From Candidatus Yanofskybacteria bacterium (lineage in GTDB: Bacteria; Patescibacteriota; Minisyncoccia; 2-02-FULL-40-12; IGHO2-01-FULL-4-A), in contig JACOZV010000002.1 of NCBI GenBank assembly GCA_016181175.1, positions 115 through 64,114 of the forward strand: DNA of 64,000 bases, written 5' to 3'. A model generated the notes under the pieces. The model saw nothing but the letters and a program-made list of their open reading frames with translations, was not told the DNA's origin and ran no database searches. This document shows, piece by piece, positions 9,424 to 17,973 of the stretch; the first letter of the stretch is position 1; each line of letters begins with the position of its first letter. The position numbers and the translations under genes are program-made.

Positions 9424-9885
9424 ATGAAAAAATCCAAAAACAAAAAAAGACGGTCAAAAAAAGAACCAGCCAAAAAGATAGCCCAAAAAATTGACAGAAA
9501 ATTAAGCTATATTTTAAATACAGAGTTCGGTTCTTTTTTTGAACTGCGAGATCTGATCCTCAAATCCTTACCAGCGGAAAAAAATGACATGGTAGAAAGA
9601 ATAAATAATCTTGGCAAGGTAAAACTGGCTGTTGTTTCAGGCGTGTTTATAAATAAAGACAACCCCGATCCTTATATTCCGGACCTCTTGATAGTTGGCG
9701 ATGATTTGGAAAAAAGAAAGTTGCGGTCTTTTTTAAAGGCTCTAGAAGCGGAAGTCGGCAAAGAAATTAAATTCGTCATTCTAGACAAAGATGAATTTCA
9801 ATACCGCCTCAACATGTTTGACCGTTTCATACGCGTGCTTCTAGACGGCCCTCACGAGAAATTGATAAATAGATTGGGAATATAA
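9424..9885 (+). CDS. Hypothetical protein with a Lys-rich N-terminus
   Basis: 153 aa. It is in the same frame as 9211-9408 but separated from it by two in-frame stops. No confident family assignment. Confidence 0.4.
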   Translation: MKKSKNKKRRSKKEPAKKIAQKIDRKLSYILNTEFGSFFELRDLILKSLPAEKNDMVERINNLGKVKLAVVSGVFINKDNPDPYIPDLLIVGDDLEKRKLRSFLKALEAEVGKEIKFVILDKDEFQYRLNMFDRFIRVLLDGPHEKLINRLGI

Positions 9886-9887
9886 CA

Positions 9888-9959
9888 GGGCACTTAGTTC
9901 AGTGGTAGAACGTTGCATTCACATTGCAAAGGTCGGAGGTTCAAATCCTCCAGTGCCCA
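9888..9959 (+). tRNA. tRNA-Val (anticodon CAC)
   Basis: 72-nt cloverleaf. Acceptor GGGCACT/AGTGCCC; D-arm GTTC-AGTGGTA-GAAC; anticodon stem TTGCA/TGCAA with loop TTCACAT; T-arm GGAGG-TTCAAAT-CCTCC; discriminator A; no encoded CCA. Confidence 0.85.
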
Positions 9960-10172
9960 CACAGAGCAAACCAATTGATTGGTTTGCGTGAGGATTTGAA
10001 GACCGTAGCGATATATTTTCTGCAATTGGCGGAAAATATCGCGAGGGGCGGCCTGCGACCGAGCCGACGGAAGTCGGCGAGAATTGTAGGCAACTTCTTC
10101 GTTGCCCACCAGGCAGTGGATGTTGATAACTTGTACATAGAATTACACAAAAAGTGAATATTCAAGTTGAAT
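9960..10172 (+). ncRNA. Candidate structured small RNA between tRNA-Val and a strong terminator (function unknown; SRP-RNA-like GGAA-capped helix noted)
   Basis: GC-richer ORF-free stretch with several stable hairpins (CAAACCAATTGATTGGTTTG; GCGATATATTTTC...GAAAATATCGC; CGAGCCGAC-GGAA-GTCGGCGAG containing a tandem G.A mismatch; GGCAACTTCTTCGTTGCC). It ends at the terminator at 10173-10215. Confidence 0.25.
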
Positions 10173-10215
10173 AACCACCAAAAAATCGGCCATTCTAGGC
10201 GATTTTTTGGTGGTT
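10173..10215. terminator. Rho-independent terminator (16-bp stem)
   Basis: AACCACCAAAAAATCG-GCCATTCTAGG-CGATTTTTTGGTGGTT. Confidence 0.7.
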
Positions 10216-10449
10216 GTGACTAATATCGGATTGACGTTAAAGTTATACACATTGCGTAGTGTTGCGGTTCTATAATTGGGTGGTATATAATTAAGGTAAA
10301 GTGTAAGAAAGTGGATAGAAGTGTGAATAAGCCAAACTTTTTGTTGATAAACATTTATAAAGAAAGATGAGAATTTTAGAATACGAACCTGTAAAAAAGA
10401 TTAATGACGATTACTTAAGACTGGTAATTTATTATTTGCTGTTGCAACT

Positions 10450-10884
10450 ATGCTTATTGGAGAATACAAACACACGCTTGATCCCAAGAAGCGTCTATCT
10501 ATCCCGGTCAGACTTAGAAAAGAAATCGGTGATCGAGCGGTGCTGACCAGGGGTTTGGATAGCTGTCTTTTTCTTTTTCCAATGAAAGAATGGGAACAGT
10601 TGGCGGACAAGTTGGGCAAATTGCCTTTCGGCCAGCAGGACACAAGGGGATTTGTGAGGTTATTGTTGTCGGGTGCTTCCGAAGTTGAAATGGATCAGCT
10701 GGGAAGAATATTGATACCTGATTTTTTGAAAGATTACGCAGTGCTTAAAAAAAATGTAGTTGTCGCCGGGCTTTTCAACAGATTAGAAGTTTGGGATGAG
10801 GAACGATGGACGAATTATAAAAATAGTCTTGAAAAAAATAGCGACAGAATAGCGGAGAAGTTGGGGGAGCTTGGGGTCATCTGA
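10450..10884 (+). CDS. mraZ: Transcriptional regulator MraZ
   Basis: 144 aa; duplicated MraZ fold; first gene of the dcw cluster, upstream of rsmH. Confidence 0.9.
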   Translation: MLIGEYKHTLDPKKRLSIPVRLRKEIGDRAVLTRGLDSCLFLFPMKEWEQLADKLGKLPFGQQDTRGFVRLLLSGASEVEMDQLGRILIPDFLKDYAVLKKNVVVAGLFNRLEVWDEERWTNYKNSLEKNSDRIAEKLGELGVI

Positions 10885-10985
10885 ATTTTGTAATTTTGTA
10901 ATTTTGTAATTTTTAAATAAATCTTAATTTCTAAATGTTTAAAAATTAGGACATTATTTATAAAATTAAAAATTTAAAAATTGGT
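10885..10985. repeat. AT-rich intergenic repeat (copy b) preceded by the (TAATTTTG)x3.5 microsatellite
   Basis: CTGAATTTTGTAATTTTGTAATTTTGTAATTTTTAAATAAATCTTAAT...AAATGTTTAAAAATTAGGACATTATTTATAAAATTAAAAATT shares the TTTAAATAAATCTTAAT and AATGTTTAAAAATTA motifs with copies a, c and d. Lies in the mraZ-rsmH spacer. Confidence 0.5.
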
Positions 10986-11882
10986 ATGCATGCACCGGTT
11001 CTTCTAAACGAAGTTATAGAATATTTTGATCCCAAACCTGGGCAAAAATTCGTGGATGCGACTATTGACGGTGGTGGACACGCGCTGGCGATTTTAGAAA
11101 GAATTATGCCCAATGGTAAATTATTGGGTATAGATCCGGATAACGAACTGGTAAACAAGTTAAAATTAAAAATTCAAAATTCCGAATTCAAAAATAATGC
11201 GATTTTAGTAAATGACAGTTATGTAAATTTAAAAAAAATTGTCGGGGAGAATGATTTTATGGAAGTTGACGGGGTTTTATTTGATTTAGGCGTGTCCAGT
11301 TGGCACCTGGAAGAAGCGGGCAGGGGATTCAGTTTTCAAAAGAACGAACCCCTTGATATGAGATTCGGATTAGGCCAAGAATTAACCGCGGAAAAGATTG
11401 TAAACCGTTATTCTTACGATGAATTAGCCGAGATATTCAAAGATTACGGAGAGGAAAGGTTTGCTAAATCAATAGCCGCGGGAATAACAAAAGCCAGAAA
11501 AGACAAACCAATAAAAAATACATTTGAATTGGTAGAAGTGATTAAAAACGCGGTGCCATTCTGGTATAGGCGTGGAAGAATACATTACGCGACGAGGACT
11601 TTTCAGGCTTTGAGAATAGCGGTAAACAACGAACTTGATAATTTGAAATCAGGTCTTGAGTGTGGTGTAAATGTTTTAAAAGCTGGAGGCAAGATAGTGG
11701 TTATATCTTTTCATTCGTTGGAAGACAGGATAGTCAAAAATTTTTTCAGAGAAAGGGCTAAAGACGGTGATTTGGCCATAATCACAAAGAAACCAATTGT
11801 TGCCGGACTTGCGGAAACAAGTGAAAATCCGCGAGCCAGGAGTGCCAAGTTAAGAGTTGCCGAGAAGGAACGTCTCGGTTAA
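10986..11882 (+). CDS. rsmH: 16S rRNA (cytosine1402-N4)-methyltransferase RsmH (MraW)
   Basis: 298 aa with the motifs DATIDGGGHA, GVLFDLGVSS and ISFHSLEDRIVK. Confidence 0.9.
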   Translation: MHAPVLLNEVIEYFDPKPGQKFVDATIDGGGHALAILERIMPNGKLLGIDPDNELVNKLKLKIQNSEFKNNAILVNDSYVNLKKIVGENDFMEVDGVLFDLGVSSWHLEEAGRGFSFQKNEPLDMRFGLGQELTAEKIVNRYSYDELAEIFKDYGEERFAKSIAAGITKARKDKPIKNTFELVEVIKNAVPFWYRRGRIHYATRTFQALRIAVNNELDNLKSGLECGVNVLKAGGKIVVISFHSLEDRIVKNFFRERAKDGDLAIITKKPIVAGLAETSENPRARSAKLRVAEKERLG

Positions 11883-11887
11883 AACAA

Positions 11888-12262
11888 GTGGCAGTTTATG
11901 CAGAAATACTAAACCATCGCCCTTTTTACAAAAGAGGCGGGGCAAACGGATACCAAACAGTCTCTACGAAGATGGAGAATTCTTCGGTTTATAGATTCAA
12001 TTTAATTTTGGTGGCAATGGCGATCGTTGCCATGACAACTTACATCTTTTTGTCTAATTTGTTGGTTTCTCAAAGATATGCTTTGGGTTTGCGTTGGTCG
12101 GAGCTTAACCGATTAAATGCCGGATTATTAACTGAAGAACAACAAGGCGTGAGCTACAATATGAAGGAATTACTTATTTATGGGCAAAAATCGGGATTAA
12201 TAGAAGCCAAGGACATTGATTCAATTTTAGAAAATGACGGTTTTGCCGTTCTTAATAGATGA
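11888..12262 (+). CDS. ftsL: Cell-division protein FtsL-like (single-TM, coiled-coil)
   Basis: 124 aa with one TM (LILVAMAIVAMTTYIFL). It sits between rsmH and the PBP gene and overlaps the next gene by 4 nt. Confidence 0.5.
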   Translation: MAVYAEILNHRPFYKRGGANGYQTVSTKMENSSVYRFNLILVAMAIVAMTTYIFLSNLLVSQRYALGLRWSELNRLNAGLLTEEQQGVSYNMKELLIYGQKSGLIEAKDIDSILENDGFAVLNR

Positions 12263-14034
12263 TAGCTAGGAATATAAGAAGCGGAACACGGGCAAACGTA
12301 TTATTAATTGCCATATTTTTTTTAACAGGCCTAATCATTTATAGGCTTTTTAATTTAACTCTTGCCCAACATTCTGAATTTGTAAAATCAGCAAAAAGTC
12401 AGTACAGCAACCCATCGGCATTATTGGCCGGTCGGGGCAATATTTATTTTTCTGATATTGCTTCCAATGGTACTAAAATCGTTGCGACCAACAGATCTTC
12501 CTTTTTTGCGTATTCCAACAATTCCGCTATTTCTTTTGCCAAAGAGTTGGCGGAAAAAATAGCACCGATTTTAAACCAGAATAAAGATGTCCTGGAAGCA
12601 TTACTTTCACAAAAAGATAAAACTTACTTAGTTCTTGCCAGGAATCTGACAAAAAAACAAGCCGAAGCGATCAATGGTTTGAAAGTAAAAGGTTTGGCCG
12701 CCACTTCAGAAATAACTCGCTACTATGATGAAGTGTTTTCAGCGGCGCATGTTCTGGGTTTTGTCGGTTTTGATGGTAATCAGCGTGTTGGCCGCTCTGG
12801 TGTGGAATTTTCTTACGATAAAATATTGGGCGGCGAAACAAAAACGCTGGAAATTCTGGGTAACAAAACCTACTCGGATATTTTCAAATTTTTAAAATTT
12901 TGGAGAAAAGATGATGCCAAAAAAGAAAATGCTGAAGCAGAAGGCAACGAAGCAAAGCAAGATCTTAACATAGTTGGCAGCGATATTGTTTTAACAATTG
13001 ACCAAAATATACAGTCTGTAGTTGCATTAGCGTTAAACTCTGTTTTAAAAAAATGGAGCGCGCCGAGAGGTTCCATTATTGTGGAGGACCCGAATACTGG
13101 CGCAATACTAGCAATGGCTTCTTCACCCAGTTTTGACCCCAATAACTATTCGGAATATCAATTAAACGATTTTTTAAACCCCAATACTCAAGAAGTTTTT
13201 GAACCCGGCTCATCGTTTAAACCGGTTACAATGGCGGCCGCGTTGGATAGTGGCGTAATTACGCCAAATACAACTTATGATGACACCGGTGCGGTAAAAA
13301 TTGGCGGATATACAATTCGTAATTTCAATGAAAAAGCCAATGGGATTCAAACCATGCGGCAAGTATTGGAACATTCGCTAAACACGGGGGCAATTTTTGC
13401 GCAAGAAAAAACTGGAGATGATCAGTTTTTAAATTATGTGGTTAGTTTTGGTTTCGGTCAAAAAACCGGAATAGATTTAAATGCCGAAATTTCAGGCAAT
13501 ATCTCCAATCTTTACAGTGGCCGTAAAATAAATTTTTTGACTGCTTCATTCGGCCAAGGCATTGCGGTTACACCGCTTCAATTGGCAAATGCCTATTCAG
13601 CCATTGCAAACGGGGGGAAACTTATGCGGCCATATTTGGTAAAAGAAATAATGAGACCCGATGGAACTACAGTTAAGACGGAACCCAAAATTTTGGGCGC
13701 ACCCATAACAGAAAAAACTTCTGTTCAACTTAAATCCATGCTGGTTGATGTGGTAGACAAAGGGTTTGATAAGGCCAGGATTAAGGGATATGATGTAGCC
13801 GGTAAAACAGGCACGGCGCAAATCCCGGATCCTAGTGGGGGTGGCTATTTGGACAACGATCAGTTTGTACACGATTTTGTCGGTTTTGCTCCGGCTTATT
13901 CTCCAAGATTTGTAATTTTAATCAAAATGGAACGGCCAAAAGGAATTAAATTTGCCGCCGATAGTTTATCGCCGGTATTTGGGGATATAGCAAGATACCT
14001 TATTAGATACTTCAATATACCCCCAACAAGATGA
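12259..14034 (+). CDS. ftsI: Penicillin-binding protein 2/3 family transpeptidase (FtsI-like)
   Basis: 591 aa; N-terminal TM; transpeptidase motifs S-x-x-K (GSSFKP), S-x-N (HSLNTG) and K-T-G (KTGTA). Confidence 0.85.
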   Translation: MIARNIRSGTRANVLLIAIFFLTGLIIYRLFNLTLAQHSEFVKSAKSQYSNPSALLAGRGNIYFSDIASNGTKIVATNRSSFFAYSNNSAISFAKELAEKIAPILNQNKDVLEALLSQKDKTYLVLARNLTKKQAEAINGLKVKGLAATSEITRYYDEVFSAAHVLGFVGFDGNQRVGRSGVEFSYDKILGGETKTLEILGNKTYSDIFKFLKFWRKDDAKKENAEAEGNEAKQDLNIVGSDIVLTIDQNIQSVVALALNSVLKKWSAPRGSIIVEDPNTGAILAMASSPSFDPNNYSEYQLNDFLNPNTQEVFEPGSSFKPVTMAAALDSGVITPNTTYDDTGAVKIGGYTIRNFNEKANGIQTMRQVLEHSLNTGAIFAQEKTGDDQFLNYVVSFGFGQKTGIDLNAEISGNISNLYSGRKINFLTASFGQGIAVTPLQLANAYSAIANGGKLMRPYLVKEIMRPDGTTVKTEPKILGAPITEKTSVQLKSMLVDVVDKGFDKARIKGYDVAGKTGTAQIPDPSGGGYLDNDQFVHDFVGFAPAYSPRFVILIKMERPKGIKFAADSLSPVFGDIARYLIRYFNIPPTR

Positions 14035-14140
14035 AATTTTTAATTTCCAATTTTTAATTTTTAAATAAATCTTAATGTTTTAATTTTTAAACATTAGAAA
14101 TTATTTATAAAATTATAAAATTAAAAATTATATATCAGCC
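14035..14140. repeat. AT-rich intergenic repeat (copy c)
   Basis: AAATTTTTAATTTCCAATTTTTAATTTTTAAATAAATCTTAATGTTTTAATTTTTAAACATTAGAAATTATTTATAAAATTATAAAATTAAAAATTA is nearly identical to copy d at 63664-63773. It abuts the truncated murF. Confidence 0.6.
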
Positions 14141-14165
14141 GACAGTTATTGGCATCACCGGTTCG

Positions 14166-15377
14166 GTGGGTAAGACTATGGCCAAAGAAGCGATTTTCAC
14201 GGTTTTGAGCCGCAAGTTTTGGGTAAGAAAAACTGAAGAAAATTTTAATAATGAATTTGGAGTGTCGGAAACAGTTATTGGGATTAATCCGCGCTTATCA
14301 ACTGCAAATCTAAGATTTAAAAATTGGTTACGGCTCTTAAAGTTCTGGAATCAGATTGTACCAGCTTTTTGGCTGGCATTTGGATTACCAAAGAAAAAAT
14401 ATCCCAAAGCGCTGGTCTTAGAGCTGGCTGCCGCCAAGCCCGGCGATATTGATTATTTGGCTGATATTGTCAGGCCGGAAATCGGTGTTATAACGGCGGT
14501 AGGCGAGGTGCCGGTGCATGTGGGGTTTTATGCAAGTCCGGAAGAGGTAGCTAAAGAAAAGTCCAAACTGATAACACGTCTGCCAGCGCATAATGGTTTG
14601 GCAGTGTTAAATTATGATGACCAAACGGTTTTAGATATGAAAGAAACTTTTGGTGCCAAAGTTGTGACGTTTGGTTTTTCTAACCTTGCCGATGTGTGGG
14701 CCTCTGATGTGTCATATTTTGCAGTTGATGATAACCAAAACATAGGCGGACTATCTTTTAAAATAAACAGCAAAAATACTTTTATTCCGATTAGGATTAA
14801 TAAATTCGCCGGCCAGCACCAGATATACGGTATTTTGGCGGCAACGGCGGTTGGTTTGCATTTTGGCATGAATCTGGTTGATATTGCAGGTGCGCTTGAA
14901 AATATAGATCTGCAACACGGACGCATGAACCTATTATCGGGAATTAAAAATTCGGTGGTTATTGATGATACCTACAATGCTTCCCCACTTTCAATGCATG
15001 GGGCGTTAGATGCGCTTAAAAATTTTACGAAGGCCAAGGAAGAATTAGGTCGGAAGGGCCGCAGAATCGCGGTATTGGGCGACATGAGAGAGTTGGGTAA
15101 ATATGAAATAGAAGCCCATCGTGCGATAGGGAACTTGGCCGCTGAATGTTGCGACTTATTGGTAACAGTCGGAAATGCCGCTAAGCTAATCGCTGACTCT
15201 GCGGCCAATCAGATGTCCAAGGAAAATATAATGAGTTTTAATACTTCCGAGGAGGCTAAATTAAAAGTGCAGGAAATGATTAAAGAAAATGATGTTGTAC
15301 TGGTGAAGGGGTCTAGAGCAATGAAAATGGAAAAAATAGTTGAAGAAATCGCACTTGATTCTCAAAAAAGTTTATAA
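14166..15377 (+). CDS. murF: UDP-MurNAc-pentapeptide synthetase MurF-like Mur ligase lacking the N-terminal domain. The annotated GTG start falls inside the P-loop, so this may be a pseudogene or use a non-canonical start.
   Basis: Central and C-terminal Mur-ligase domains (DDTYNASPLSMHGALDAL is MurF-type). The in-frame upstream sequence back to the stop at 14088 reads ...PTVIGITGSVGKTMAKE, so the GxxGxxGKT P-loop starts before any ATG/GTG/TTG. The ~90-aa N-terminal domain is absent. Confidence 0.6.
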   Translation: MGKTMAKEAIFTVLSRKFWVRKTEENFNNEFGVSETVIGINPRLSTANLRFKNWLRLLKFWNQIVPAFWLAFGLPKKKYPKALVLELAAAKPGDIDYLADIVRPEIGVITAVGEVPVHVGFYASPEEVAKEKSKLITRLPAHNGLAVLNYDDQTVLDMKETFGAKVVTFGFSNLADVWASDVSYFAVDDNQNIGGLSFKINSKNTFIPIRINKFAGQHQIYGILAATAVGLHFGMNLVDIAGALENIDLQHGRMNLLSGIKNSVVIDDTYNASPLSMHGALDALKNFTKAKEELGRKGRRIAVLGDMRELGKYEIEAHRAIGNLAAECCDLLVTVGNAAKLIADSAANQMSKENIMSFNTSEEAKLKVQEMIKENDVVLVKGSRAMKMEKIVEEIALDSQKSL

Positions 15378-15385
15378 CATTAAGG

Positions 15386-15545
15386 TTTGCTGACCGGCTA
15401 CGCGCGCGTGTTTTGCTGGCCCTTCGGGACAGGCGCAAAATACGCGCGCCTCCACCGGCAACAAACATCCTTTTCTCATCAATTATAAAAGTGATAAAAA
15501 CCGCCGATTGGTATCGGCTTTTGTTTTTAAGAATCAAATGCGATT
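15386..15545 (+). repeat. GC-rich structured 3' element (copy 1 of 2): a long imperfect hairpin with a CUUCGG apex plus a second hairpin and U-run
   Basis: CCGGCTACGCGCGCGTGTTTTGCTGG-CCCTTCGGG-ACAGGCGCAAAATACGCGCGCCTCCACCGG ... AAAACCGCCGATTGGTATCGGCTTTTG. It is about 85% identical to 29292-29465. Confidence 0.65.
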
Positions 15546-15599
15546 TCCTTGGGCGATAAACTAAAATAAAATTTAAAAACCCGCTAATTGCGAGTTTTG

Positions 15600-16505
15600 C
15601 TAGAGCTGGAGTAGCCAGTCAAATAGTAGTCTCCAGGCGTGCGGGATTTTGAGACGGCGGAGAATGTAGGGTAAAGCTACGCTGTCTTCGCCGTAAGGCA
15701 AATAAATTCTTACGGGGAAGCCCTCGCTTAGCAACTGGCGGCCCAGCGCCAAATAGCCGTGAAGCAATTGGAACTCTATGCAATTCTTATCCAGGATTCG
15801 GTGATTGGACTCAAAACATTTCCTAGCGTAGTCAATTATTTCCTTATCTCTGCTTGCAATGGCATGCACGGGTTCCATTATGCTTCGCAGTTTATTTCGT
15901 ATTGTGCCTAAAAAAGCCAGATTTATTAATAACTTAAAATTTTCCGTTATGTCTTCCTGGTTGTAAAATGACACATCCGATGCCTCTTCATAAGCGCCCT
16001 TTACCAATCTAACCGAGTGACCATGGCCATGTAGGAGATCCAAATTCTCAAAAGAATTTTTTATATTTGCTTGAAGACAGATGCGGTTTTTATCTTCTGG
16101 TTTGGATAAATTCTGAAAAATTTCAATCGTATCATGATTGTATTTAAATTCCTCCATATCAAATTCAACACCTACGCAGTTTCGGCTAGCATAACTGACT
16201 AAATCTTTGACAACGTTGAAGCAGTAGCCAAAGCCGAGCTCCATACCGAGATGGGTAAGCTTGATTGAAATTGTGGACTGAATGCCATACTTTTTAATAT
16301 CGTCCACGAGTTGTTTATATTCCGACAATGACTTTCCAACATTGTCTTCGTTTTTTGAATGTTCGCCAAGCACATCTATCGTAGTCAAAAATCCCTCTAC
16401 ATTTAGCCTGACCGCGACATTTAGAGCTTCTTGTCTAGTTTTACCGGCAATAAAAATTTTGCGCGGTAAAAATAGCATTGCTTTTGTGAATATGTTAATT
16501 TTCAA
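15600..16505 (-). CDS. Proline dehydrogenase family protein
   Basis: 301 aa with the motifs VRLVKGAY and EFQLLHGY, characteristic of the proline dehydrogenase family (from memory). Confidence 0.65.
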   Translation of the reverse strand: MKINIFTKAMLFLPRKIFIAGKTRQEALNVAVRLNVEGFLTTIDVLGEHSKNEDNVGKSLSEYKQLVDDIKKYGIQSTISIKLTHLGMELGFGYCFNVVKDLVSYASRNCVGVEFDMEEFKYNHDTIEIFQNLSKPEDKNRICLQANIKNSFENLDLLHGHGHSVRLVKGAYEEASDVSFYNQEDITENFKLLINLAFLGTIRNKLRSIMEPVHAIASRDKEIIDYARKCFESNHRILDKNCIEFQLLHGYLALGRQLLSEGFPVRIYLPYGEDSVALPYILRRLKIPHAWRLLFDWLLQL

Positions 16506-16579
16506 AGGATACTCCTTAAATTTTTAAAAAACTAAACTTTTTGTTAATATATAATAATAATTTGGGTTAGTCCACAATT

Positions 16580-16654
16580 GCCGCCATCGTCTAGCCCGGC
16601 CCAGGACACATGGTTCTCAGCCATGGAACACCGGTTCAAATCCGGTTGGCGGTA
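16580..16654 (+). tRNA. tRNA-Glu (anticodon CTC)
   Basis: 75-nt cloverleaf. Acceptor GCCGCCA/TGGCGGT; Glu-type D-arm GTCTAGCCCGGCCCAGGAC; anticodon stem CATGG/CCATG with loop TTCTCAG; T-arm ACCGG-TTCAAAT-CCGGT; discriminator A. Confidence 0.8.
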
Positions 16655-16868
16655 CAGGCAGTTGACAACATAAAATATTGAGCGTATGCTTATAATAGCA
16701 AGAAAGAAAAGGGCAAGTCCCCAGACTTTAATGGCTATGAAGCCTAAAAAAGCCGGGAGCTGTCGACTCTATTCCTACGCGTGTTTTTGATGCGCAAAGG
16801 AAAAGATTCGAGAGTTTCCGGCTTTCTTGCGTGTTAGGACAAAGTTTTTTGAAAAAAGGAGAAAGGAC

Positions 16869-17537
16869 ATGAAAAACAGTCTTGTTTTAATGATTACGTT
16901 GATGACTATTTTAATCGGAGACGCGCGTGTTTTGGCGCAAGAGCCGGCTTATCCCACATCCGGAACGGCAGTGCAAGAGGAGCAGAAGTTAATGGTGAAG
17001 ATGCATTTAGAGATTTCGGATGGTGGAATGACTTACCGTGAAGACCAAGACGGAATCATGATTCACCCGCAAACGATGTTAACCACCGTTTCCCCGCTAA
17101 TGTTGATTGGCGCAAGAACGGTAGTTATTTATAAAGGGAAAAGAATTCCGGCAATTAGATTGACTTGGGATCTGGAAGAAGGACTCGTAATGTTTGCACT
17201 CATTCACCCGCTTCCGGTTAGCAACTTAGATTTGGGTGTTTTTCTTGATGTTGGCAATAGCGATGATGATTTACTCATGCTTTCGTCAGGTGGTGTTGTC
17301 AACGCCAGGGTTATCCAAAATGACCAAAGTCAGATTCACGGTGGTAACATCTTAGTTGATAATTGTGGGCGGCTTGTGGCGATGATTTTGAAAGATGCCG
17401 CCGGCAGATTGTCACAGACTGGAATTTCCAGAGAAAAAATAAGCGAGTTTCTTCATTTTTTTAGCCAAGGCCCGCCGATGCCCAAGTTGCCAGAAAAGGA
17501 TGAAAAAGACCTGAAGACGGGGACGCATGAGATCTAA
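16869..17537 (+). CDS. Secreted trypsin/HtrA-fold protein, apparently inactive because the catalytic Ser motif is degenerate
   Basis: Signal peptide (MKNSLVLMITLMTILIGDARVLA); HGGNILVDNCGRLVAMI aligns to the GNSGGPLVN.G.LVGIN serine-protease motif but lacks the Ser. The region is GC-richer than its flanks and lies directly after tRNA-Glu. Confidence 0.45.
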   Translation: MKNSLVLMITLMTILIGDARVLAQEPAYPTSGTAVQEEQKLMVKMHLEISDGGMTYREDQDGIMIHPQTMLTTVSPLMLIGARTVVIYKGKRIPAIRLTWDLEEGLVMFALIHPLPVSNLDLGVFLDVGNSDDDLLMLSSGGVVNARVIQNDQSQIHGGNILVDNCGRLVAMILKDAAGRLSQTGISREKISEFLHFFSQGPPMPKLPEKDEKDLKTGTHEI

Positions 17538-17655
17538 AAGATGTCCAGCTGGTTTTCTCGCTCTTAAGCAAAGAGCCGTTATGACACTGCGGCTCTTTTT
17601 TGTTGCAAATCATAGTTTTGTTGACTAAAGGAATAAAATTTGTTAGGTTTTAAAA

Positions 17656-17973
17656 ATGTTTGCAATTATAAAAACAGGCGGAAAACAATACAAAGTTACC
17701 GAAGGCGGTAAGTTTTTAATTGAAAAAATAAACCCCAATGTGGGAGACGAGTTTGATTTTGAGGAAGTATTAATGATCGGCAACGGCAGTGCCGATAGCG
17801 TCAAAATAGGCACGCCATTGGTGGAAGGCGCGAAGGTTCATGCTCGCGTGCTTGACCATGGCAGGGCCAAAAAGAAAATCGTTTTCAAGTACCACAACAA
17901 AACACGTTATAAAAAGAAAAAAGGCCATCGTCAGCCGTTCACCAAGGTAGAAATTCTACAAATAATTTCTTAA
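17656..17973 (+). CDS. rplU: 50S ribosomal protein L21
   Basis: 105 aa; begins MFAIIKTGGKQYKV, which is L21-typical. rpmA (L27) is not adjacent; it is found at 47291. Confidence 0.9.
   Translation: MFAIIKTGGKQYKVTEGGKFLIEKINPNVGDEFDFEEVLMIGNGSADSVKIGTPLVEGAKVHARVLDHGRAKKKIVFKYHNKTRYKKKKGHRQPFTKVEILQIIS

Noticed and set aside
9211-9885. Single frameshifted gene spanning 9211-9408 and 9424-9885
   Set aside because: The two ORFs are in the same frame, but two in-frame stop codons (TAG at 9406 and TAG at 9418) separate them. They were kept as separate ORFs.
9960-10172. Confident SRP RNA call
   Set aside because: Only a GGAA-capped helix with a G.A loop is suggestive. The conserved GGAAGCAGCC context and the helix-5 closing stem could not be verified by eye. 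Kept as a low-confidence candidate.
15313-15537. ORFs 15313-15537 (-) and 28983-29348 (-) sharing the peptide SRRASKTRARSR
   Set aside because: Both are antisense translations of the duplicated GC-rich 3' element. The shared peptide reflects repeat identity, not a gene family.
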